Positions 24,079 to 34,790 of a DNA stretch of 64,000 nt are shown one piece after another; the stretch's first letter is position 1, and every line of letters starts with the position of its first letter. The position numbers were made by a program, and so were the translations under genes. A model generated the notes under the pieces. The model made no database searches, was not told the DNA's origin, and saw only the letters and a program-made list of their open reading frames with translations. Source of the stretch: Antedon mediterranea (taxonomy: Eukaryota > Animalia > Echinodermata); assembly GCF_964355755.1 (NCBI RefSeq), contig NC_092672.1, positions 35,532,437-35,596,436 of the forward strand. Reading direction: 5' to 3'.

Positions 24079-24878
24079 AACAATAGAGAGAAATGGCGAA
24101 CCGCGATGACGTCACTCAAATTTCACCGAGTGGGTATAGATTGTAAACAAACCATTTCGCCACATGTTTTTCTATGGGAAATTCCGATGGGTTGAGTTAA
24201 AAAAGGTAGGTAGAAAAGAACGTTTAAAACACACATAATAGCAGTATCTTTTTTTTTTGCAACACCCTTAACAATTTTAATGTTATATAGGCAAATCTTA
24301 ACATATTTTATTTTAATTTGAATTGAATTAAGACGCGTTTTTGTTATACTGTACCCAGCTCTAGAGACTAGGCCCTACCTAGATAGTTGGCCTGTAATTT
24401 GTATGCTGTAGTACCTCGAGTACTCGAGCCTAGCACGGTTTATCGGTTATTATAATAATAATATTGGAAATTCGTTATTGCATACTGTACTACTACTACT
24501 ACTACTTTAGCTAGGGTGCTGCTAGGCCTCTCCTAGCTAGGCCTAGCATTAGTTTCAGCTTGACAACTGCCATTGATTGTGTTATGTGGCTAGTGATGCT
24601 ACCTGCAGGGGGCTACCGCCAGTAATGAACACTTGATAACGCCATTCTACTATAATACTATAGGCCTATATTTCATTGTTTTATTGGTTTATTTTCAGTT
24701 ATATAATGCCACACTACTGTATTGCATTTGGTTGCATTTTGCAACAATTGTGTCAATGTGTTAGACGACGCCATGATTCACGTGTATAAACATAGGAAAT
24801 GTACCGCCCTCAACGGTTTGTTATGATTTTATACCCTCTCGGATTTTAGACGTCGGTTCGCCATTTCTCTCTATTGTT
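24079..24878. mobile_element. MITE with 25-bp terminal inverted repeats
   Basis: aacaatagagagaaatggcgaaccg at 24079 and its reverse complement cggttcgccatttctctctattgtt ending at 24878. Confidence 0.85.
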
Positions 24879-27800
24879 CTGTGAATTAATCGACATACTA
24901 AATAAAGAAGAAATCTAAAATCACAATTAAATTTATAAACAAATAATGATATTTAAAATTAGTATAATTATTTCCATACAAAAAGTATAAATAAATTCAA
25001 TTATTTACAACAACAAAAAATGCATAAATGATATTTACAAAATAATTACAAAGGTTAAAAATAAATTCTTTTATTTACAAGGATATTACACAAACAAGAC
25101 TTAACTTAAACAATCTAATGAGTAAATGGACTGAATTACAAAATATTTTTTTCAACAACATAATTTTTTATGTTACATACGTTTGATAAAATCAATTGAT
25201 GCAACTAATTCTTTGCAAAATAATTTTCTGTTACAAACTTCTTGTAAAAATTAAATTTATGTAACGAATTTCTTTACAAAATTATTTTTATGTGACAAAT
25301 TTATCTACACAAATATGTTTATGAAACAAGCTTCTTAACAAATTTATCTTATGTAACAAATTACTTTACAAATTTATTTTTATGTAAAAAATGTCCTTGA
25401 AAATATATCTTACATGATATAAATTAAATTTAGAATATGTTTTATTAACATAATGACAGGTAAATAAAATTATAACACTGAATCATTATTTTTTATATTT
25501 TTTTTATATAGCTGTTTTATTCGTATGTATTTTTTTTTTTCACAATCATAAATGAACAACAAACCTCATTACGGCCTAAATTAAATAAATGTACAGAGTA
25601 AATTCAGTATAATATAATTTATTTATTTTTGACAACTATCTTGACAAAATAAACGGTATTTACTCTATTCAAACTGTGTCATCCTTTGTAAATGTCATTA
25701 TAGCTTCTGTCGAAACAATGCGTTTCTTTTCTTTGATCATATGGATTTCCAATTTCAATCCATTTCTATGTCTAATCTGCAATCATTAATTTCCGTTTGC
25801 TCTTTTTTGTTTATAAAATCTCTTCACTATACTAAGGATTAAAAATTACAATCGGCTCCGTATATTCACATTTTTTGACCAACTTAAATGTTAATGTTGT
25901 AACTTTCTAAACACAAATAAATCACATAAATAATAAAAACACATTTCCTGATAAAATTAGTTTCTATGTTACAACTTCTTTTTAAAAACAAAAATAAATG
26001 TTTTAAGTTGTAACTTTCTTGGTAATTACATCCATTATCATTTGTTTTGTCGAGCGTTATGGTTGATTTAGAGGAAGGAGTTTTAGCATACATTGAATAT
26101 AAATTGACGGGGTTAGTTGTTTTGGATTCACCCATCCTCCAGAGTACTATTCGTGCTTGTAAAGAGTTGGAAAACAATTTTAATGTGTTAGATACCGTAT
26201 TTCTTCGGAAGCGCTGTATTATGTATGATGAGCGATAGAAAAATAAATGTCGGCAGATTTGTGACAGGACTCGTTGTATATACATGTGTTGCGACACAAT
26301 GTGACAGTGAATTGCAGTTAAAAAATGTAAAACGTGACTCATGTGGATTTTTTCAAGGAAAAGTTTTCGTTATTTGAACTTCGTAATGACGATGAATCGG
26401 TTAGTATGTTTCGTTTTTTGTTCGTGGGTAGTTTAACAAATATTCTTAAATTATTCATTTTATTTATAATGCGCGTGTTTCGTTTACTAAGTATTTTTAT
26501 TTTTTTATTTTTTATTTTCGTTCAGAATTTGTTTCTGTGTAGGAAGGGAGATGTTTTTTTCAGAATAGTAGCATTCTTAGTGACTGGTATGGTGTTAACG
26601 GTTGTTTTTCGTTGAATGTCTTCAGATGTTTCCTCTAGTCATCAAAACAAATTATTATGAACACCATAATGTATTGATTTCTCTAATTAATTTTAGATGT
26701 GTTATCATTTATCTAAAATGTATATTTCTCAATAATAACCATTTACTTTTATAAATTTGGTAAAAATACATTTATAATATGCCTTCTTATTGAAAGTGTC
26801 GTTACATACCGTGCGTCTCATATTTGTTTTCTTTTGTGTGCGTTTTTTTAGCTGTACGTATTGTGTCTTTCTTAAAAGATTTAAAATTGAAAACACGTAG
26901 AAAATGAAATTCATTTTGAAATAAAGAAATTGTATTTAAATTTAATAAGTCTATGCTTTATACATTTTGTATGTTTATTTTTGTAATATTACTTATTATA
27001 TATAAAATATAACTACTGTTAAAAATACTACTGTTTAAAATTTAAAAAAAAGTAAACAGAATATTTTTAATCACAATCATTTATTATGTATGTTTGCAAT
27101 TACATTTAACAAATTCATAAACTTCATACACGAGTTAAACAACACGCAAAGATCAAATTTCATTTTTGTTGTTGATGTTAAAAACAAAATGTATTTCAAT
27201 ACACATTCTATTGTAATACACTTTACGAAAACATAATAATAATAAAACTTTAACAGACAAATTAAAAAAAATAAATTAAGTCAAGAAATAAATTTATGAT
27301 GAATTAAAATAGGAAAACTATTCTTACAAATTTACACTGACATATATTAAGTAAAAACATAATTCATTTATTTCATTAAACAAATCTATTGCATTACACT
27401 TCACAAACATAATAATAATTTAACAGAAAAGAAAACAAATAATTTTCCGGGCCGATTCCTTGTACCATAACAACTAACCTTTCATGCTCAGGTACATTTT
27501 TTTGATCAAAATACATCGGGTGAATAACGAGAGAAGGCATATGTAATAATACGCATGGAATCTAACACACGGTTACGAATTCTAGTTATATCATTATTAC
27601 GATGATCGGGAATCTCTAAAATACTACAAACATAACGATAAAATGGAGTTTGAGCAAATATTGATCATGCCAACATGAACGGGTAAAACTAAATACAATA
27701 CAACAGTAATTGAAATTAAAATAAAACACTTGACAAATCATTGACAATAAAACTAATTTCTTTTCAATACGTTCATGACAATACCACTTGAAAAAAATCG

Positions 27801-28284
27801 CTACACCAAAAATGTTGTAATGAAAGCGTCGTTACATATCGTGCCTCTCAAATTTGTTTTCTTTTGTGTGCATTTTTTTTAGCAGTACGTATTGTGTCTT
27901 TCTTAAAAGATTTAAATTGAAAACACGTGGAAAATTGTATTTAAATTTGATAAATCTATGCTTCCATTTACCTCAATCACACAAATGAAAATAAAATACT
28001 AATTCAAATACTTAAATAACCGCAAAGAAAAAAGTTTCATTTTCGTTGTTAAAAACATAAAATTAAGTCAAACACAACAATAAAATATTTACATTAAATA
28101 GAAAAGGAAGATACAACTACAGTCTACAACTACAGTTAACAAGAAACAAATTGTTAAAAATAGACAGCCGCCAATAATAATGTATAGGTAACCACACAGA
28201 TACATGTAATAACTATTACATTTTACAATTGTTCATGAATTGTTGCTAATAAGATTTGCGTTCTAAAGTAATCCTGATCTTTTC

Positions 28285-29441
28285 TCATCTTTTAATATCT
28301 CTAAATGTCAGATTTATTCTTGGTAGTTTGATGGATGGTTTTTTAGGCAGCGAATGGTACCAATACTCGTTAGTTGGATAATTCATCATTAGTAAGCTAC
28401 CGTGTTTAAGATCAACATTTACTGGTTCAATACTTCTTTTGTGTCTCTTTCCACGTGTAGCACCATGGCGAAATCTAAACATTCGTGTTTGACCTAATGA
28501 AATGGACGCGATTGAACTAAATTTGTTGATATCTTTCTCATCGTCTTTATGTTCACCAATAGAATCATTACCGTCTGCATATCTAGTAAAGAAACATAAA
28601 TAAAAAAAAAATTGTACTGTAATTTAAGCTAGAAAAGAAATATATCCATTTTGCACTAAACTTTTTAGCATAAAAAACATTAAACCGTACAACATAATTA
28701 AACACAGTTTTGTGCGGTTGAAAAAGTGAGAGATGCTAATAGTTGACGGAAAAACTGATTACTGATATTGTTCAATTAAATAATATTTATTGAAATTGAG
28801 AATAAATCAATATCAATGTTAAACAATGTAGCCATAAGAAAGCTTTGCATTATTTAAATATAACAAATATAAACATATATAAATATATAATAAATATGTA
28901 CCTGTTAACCAAAACAAAATTGAAGTAGAACCCTGTAACTTCTTTCAAATAATCTCGAAGATCTTTCAGGAACGGTGGCCATGGCAAGGCTGGCACTATA
29001 TTGCCTGAATATTTGTATGTTAAACCCGTATCACCATAAGAAACCTGTCGAGTTGAAACATACTATTAAAAATGTTTCTCTTATGTATATACAATTATAA
29101 TCAGTTGGATTTTGGTTAACTGTTATTCTGTTGCATAAAACGAAAACAGTGCGGTAGGCCGGTAATTAAAATGTAAAAATGCATCTTTTTAAACGTAATA
29201 GTATGTAGCCTACATTAACGTCATGAAACCATGAAGAAAGACTAACCTGTTTTCTAGGTATATTAAACCATCTACCAAACACTTTCACCTTCGAAAGATC
29301 ACCTGTAAAATAATCAATCTCTTCCTCACATTGTTTATACAAAGTATCAGCTGAGCTTTTATCAAGAAGTTGAATGTAATCACAATCTAAATTTTCTCTT
29401 GATATTTTGTGTACTGGAAACTTAAAATATGGGGAAATCAT
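28285..29441 (-). CDS. ALKBH2: DNA oxidative demethylase ALKBH2 (Fe/2OG dioxygenase)
   Basis: Exons 29441-29247, 29044-28902 and 28582-28285. Motifs VFGRWFNIPRKQVSYGD.GLTYKYSG, FNFVLVNRY, EHKDDE (HxD), WYHSLP and RINLTFR. The start may lie further upstream (see findings). Confidence 0.93.
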
Positions 29442-30898
29442 CTGCTGCTGATCTGATTTGATTAGCTTCCGAGTGAAATCTATTTCATTACTTTTACGTG
29501 CCTCTGTTGGTTTCTTTGTGTAGTCATCCTTTACCTTTTCAGAAGGTACGTTGCATTCTGTGGATTTTCATTTGGAATGGGTGAAATCAACTGTTGGTTT
29601 ATAGGCATTCATTCTGGTAGAGATCTACTGAAATGTCTATTTTGACTACAACCTTATACACAGAATATTGTATATAAAATAATTTATACATGATGTCAGT
29701 AGCGTATCTCTTTACCCCTTTTTGTTTTATTTTAAAAGGAAACAAAGAATTCTTTTTTGTAAACGTAACCATTTTAAATGAAAATGAAACTTATTATTTC
29801 TCACTTTATGCATTCGTATTCTTTATTTGTATTTTGTTTGAGATTCATTGCGAAGCTCCATTGTTAAGACATATTATCACTTCATTATATTCTAAGTCTT
29901 TTTATTGTTGTCATTCATTAACTTCCAGAACCAAACAACTCTATTGTCTTACTTCCTTACCATCGTTAACCATTGTCTTTTTCAAATTAAATAACAACTC
30001 CATTGTCTTACTTCCTTACCATTGTTTACCATTGTATTAATTATAATAGGATTAACTAATGTCATCCCCTCAAACGCCCTCTACGGGGGCTAGGCCAGTT
30101 TATTTTACTACTCATAATCAGTGTACCATGTCCCGCATAACTGGCTCAGCCTATATTGGTACCCACAGCATTGTTATTTTTTTTTCAGTAATTTTCCTTT
30201 GGATTTATATAATATATCTAAATAAATCTTTGATCCAAAATATGATAATAAACATTTTTATTTGGAAGTGTAGGCCTATGTCAAAAATGTACTTCTAGCC
30301 TATATTTAGCCTATATTACTATGCGTTTTCTAATTTTGATATTTGATTTGATTAAATCCAGATGCGTCTGAAACCAATTGAATTGGTGTTTAATAACAAA
30401 TCCATCTAAAATTAATTAATGCATAAATTATTTAGGCGAGTCTCGTACGATGCCATATAGGCCTATAGACAATTAACTGTGGAGCTGTTAAATTTTTTAT
30501 CCCATAAAACTTTAAAATAATGTAAGTAGGCCTACAGAACATCATTAGAAAATATTTTTTTCTTCTTTTAAGAGGCCCTTAAAAACGATAAAGTAATAAG
30601 TTATTACAGGTATAAAAAAAAGAATAACAAGAATGAATTACTTTTAAGAACATATTCAAGAAATTGTAATGGTCCACTTTAAAATGGAAATTGTTTTGCT
30701 TGGCATAATTAAGACAATAAAACAACAAAGAATAATACATCAAATTGCAAAAGGCAATGTTAAAATACTATTAATATGTTAAAATATACTGTTAAAAATA
30801 CTGCTAAAAAAGTATTAAAAATGCAGATTGCAAAAACGCCATAGTCCCTGTAAAATACTGTTAAAACGCTTAACAATTCAAATAAAAATTACAGCGAA

Positions 30899-31100
30899 GA
30901 AAAGGGAGACCCAAATATACGAAAAGGGAGACCCAAATATACAAAATGGGAGACCCAAATAAACGAAAAGGGAGACCCACTATAAGAAAAGGGAGACCCC
31001 CACTATACGAAAAGAGAGACCACACTATACGAAAAGGGAGACCCTAATATACGAAAAGGGAGACCCAAATATAGGTCTCCCTTTTCGTATTGGGTCTCGT
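30899..31100. repeat. 22-bp minisatellite with a terminal inverted unit
   Basis: aaaagggagacccaaatatacg about 8 times, followed by ggtctcccttttcgtattgggtctc. Confidence 0.9.
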
Positions 31101-31203
31101 GTCAGGTCTCTGGTCTCGGGTCTGTAATTTCGAAACACCCGTTAAAAACAGATGATTTCATTTTTACAGAAACCGGTCCTATATATTTGTCTACTTTTGG
31201 ATT

Positions 31204-31458
31204 GGGGGTGGGGGGGGGGTAGTTGACCGGGGGTAGTTGACCGGGGGGTAGTTATCCTAAGGGGGTAGTTGTCCTAAGGGGGTAGTTGTCGGGGGGGGGG
31301 GGTAGTTGCCCGGGGGGTTGTTATCCTAAGGGGGTAGTTGTCCTAAGGGGGTAGTTGTCCTAAGGGGGTAGTTGTCCGGGGGGTAGTTCTCCTAAGGGGG
31401 TAGTTGTCCGGGTGGTAAACATCCGGGGAGTAACTGTCTAGGGGGTAGGTGTCCTAGA
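31204..31458 (+). repeat. G-rich ~17-bp tandem repeat
   Basis: More than 12 units of ggggg(g)tagttgtcc(taa). Confidence 0.9.
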
Positions 31459-32329
31459 ACCGAAAAATTGTATAGACCAATAAATGTTTAAATAAGTACG
31501 TTTAATAAACTAAAAGAAAACATTATCAATAGTAATTTAAAATATTAAATCTGTAAATTTCTCAAATATAATATTTCCAGTACTAATACATTTTGTGTCT
31601 AATTTTGTCCGAAACAAAAATCCGAGGAAAATAGGCTTAGTATATTTATTATTTATTATTTATTTCAACTTTATTTATAGAGGGTAACCCTTCCAGCTGA
31701 ACCCGCAGGCCAGCTGATATTCAGGGGCCCTCTTAAAAATGACAAAATATATAAAACTATACTAAACTAATACGAATCTACTATATACATTTAAATTTAA
31801 AACTATTATATAAAAAAATAATTATCCAAAAAAAAAAAATTCAATTAAACAATTACGATAAAATGTGTTTTTTAAAATTAAATTTAAACGAGTTAATATT
31901 GGTACATTCTTTCAAAACAGAAGGTAATAAGTATGTATTATTATAAAACGATTATATCGAAACCATTACATTGATGAATATTTAGATTTTGTATTATTGG
32001 CTTCAATTTGAATATGACAACTGGAAAATAAATGAAGAAATTTATAAAGAAAACAAATTAAAAAAAGAAACAAAAACAACTTTTGCATGGGACTAGTTAT
32101 TTTAAAATTAAATATAGGCCCTATAATATACAGTACCGTACTAAACTAAACAAGTTGTGTGAATCTCACAAAAGACAAACAAAATCTTACCTTGTATTCG
32201 ACCTGCGTGCATGAATTCTTAGTGTAAAATGCATGTCAATAGTAACGGACTTATATAGGCCTACGATTAATATGTATACTTTTTTTAATCATAGACAAAT
32301 GAAACATGGTTATGGCTATTAGCATAACG

Positions 32330-32570
32330 TGGAGTTGTGGCTTGGTGGTTATGATGCTTGGCTACCACTCCAATGGTCCTGGGTTCAAGTCCCGTCACAT
32401 GTCAGGATTTTTTCTAAGGACCAAATTACTCCACTCCAAAAGACTTGTAATAAGACTTTGTTTATGTAGAGCATCTTGTGTATATGTTTGTCTTGTGAAC
32501 CTCTGAGGGTTCCTAATGATCAGCAATAGCTGGATGGATCACCCTCATTAAATATGGTTTAAAAAAAAGA
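32330..32570 (+). mobile_element. tRNA-derived SINE (degenerate)
   Basis: A-box-like tggcttggtggtt and B-box gggttcaagtccc, then a body ending in a stem-loop and A-rich tail. Confidence 0.55.
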
Positions 32571-34149
32571 AAAAAAAAAAAAACGTTTAAGAGAGGATTA
32601 TAAAGTGTATTACTTTCGGTCGGTGTACTTTGATCTCGAGATTCCTGGTATAAACTATCGTGATGCTAAATATTGATTATTTGTATATTGGTTGTACTTG
32701 TTGGTTTATTACACATTTTACATCGGCGACAGGCACTCCATGACAATTGGTGTGTTCATATTGGTATGCAGAAGTCAATAGAAAGTTACTGTTTTTAGAC
32801 TATACGATACACAGTAAACAAATACTTAATAATATGCATACAGTAGGCCTATAACTAGTTTGCAAATTACGAGTGCTGTGAACAAATTATGTTGACATAC
32901 TGCAGATGAAAGTAACTATATAAAAGTAATACTAAGTTTTCCTAATTAAATTTGAATTCATTGCCAAATTTGTTGATAGGCCTAACTAAATACTTTTTTT
33001 ATAGGCCTCTGTAATTTTCCGAGGGAAATTCGTACAGGGAAATTTTTGATACAAATTTCGACCCTTTTATTCTTAGACATAACTAGTTATTATATCATAA
33101 TTGACATGCTCAGAATCATTGGTTTGAAAGCTAGAAATATTATTGTATGTTATTTTCACAATGTTTAAGATTTACCACTGCTTATCAATCAATTGTTTGT
33201 AGAATACTGTACTACAAATGTTTAATAAAACCCGGAATATATGAAAATCATTCTGTAGGCCTACTCGGAAATAGTTTCTGCGTGAATTGTACGAGTCGTC
33301 ATTTCGATCCTTTTTTGCCTGATATAATTTTGTCCTCCTATAAAGGCCAACTCAGACAGCGTCGGACTCGTCGGAAGAAAATTAAACATGTTTAAAGTTA
33401 TCCCGTAAAATCTACGCCCGACTCTATCGCAAGACGACTCCTCTCGTCGAGATTCAACTCAGACAGAGTCAAGACGTTTTCTAAGCGGCATGTTTCCATC
33501 TTCCAAATCCCTCTCTACGCATGCGTACATAATATACGCTGTCGATTCGCGCGAACAGATTTCGCCTAGTATATAGTGGAAAATCGGCTTAAGGTGATAA
33601 CACACGTGCTTCGAAATTCACATTAATTATTTATAAAATGACTAGTATAGGTGTGTGTCAGAATTGTCAGGATAGAAAAGGTCCAGTTACCTAAAATGAC
33701 TCCATCAATACTTAATATGCACAAGAGTAACGTCCAATAACAATTTAAAGGAACATCATTAAACTTGCACAAAGTTAAATGAAACTTGTATAACGTGTAA
33801 CCTTCCAAACAATATAAAATAATTCTTTTTTACACAAAATAAGAAAATAAAAACACATGTTACTCCATTTGCTTTATTGCTCCATTTAAATCGATATTAT
33901 ACATACAAATTGATTGTAGGTTAGTTAGCAATTCATTTTTATAATTGTAAATTTTATATTTCATTCGGTGTTTGTCTCTTATGTTTTATTTATAGTATTG
34001 TTCAGCCTTCTTTTGGCTTACCAGAGTCTTCCATCACAAAATATTTACCTTTTTCTATTTGATTTCCTATAGGCCTATTTATTTTATATACAGTATTGTC
34101 ATCTACTTTTTATATTGTACCACAATTCACTTCTATGTATTTTGATAAT

Positions 34150-34790
34150 ATACTATGCATAAATGGATTTGGTAACATATGGTACTCACAACAGGTTAAT
34201 AATATATATACTTTTATTTCAAATTTTAAACAAAGGCTTACAGACATTGAACGACAGAAATTCTACGAAGATACTAGGCTACACTCTAAGCTCCAATATT
34301 ACAAGCACATTAAATATAATTTTGGAATTGAAGAATATCTAACTAAAGTAACAAATTACAAACATAGACAAATTATGACTAAGATAAGACTAGGAATTTT
34401 AGAATTAGAAATTGAAAAAGGAAGATAGAATTGTATAAATATAAATGAAAGATTATGCAAATTATGTGCTTTACAATCAATTGAAGATGAATATCATTTC
34501 ACTTTAGTTTGTCTATTTTATTCAGATATTAGAACTAAATATATGTTTTCCTTTTATACAAACAACCCAACTAAATTAAAATATATTTATCTTATGTCTA
34601 CCACAAATCCTGATCTTATTGTTAAACTTGGAAAATATTTATTTTTTTCATTTAAACGTAGAACAGAATTTTTAAACGCATTCAACTGATATTTATTTAA
34701 TATTGTATTACATTGTATATTATTTGGGGCAAATGCCATATATAATAAATGTTTCTTGGATCTCCAAGAAAGAAGAAGAAGAAGAAGATT
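34150..34790 (+). mobile_element. 3' end of a non-LTR retrotransposon
   Basis: YL..VTNYKHRQIMTKIRLG..ELEIEKGR*...ERLCKLC....IEDEYHF.LVC..YSDIR, then AATAAA and a (GAA)n tail. Confidence 0.8.

Noticed and set aside
27390-27680. ORF in a TGA=Trp genetic code (mitochondrial or Mollicute insert)
   Set aside because: On careful reading, the frame after the second TGA only makes sense with a frameshift. Ordinary decay explains it and no organellar or bacterial gene is recognisable.
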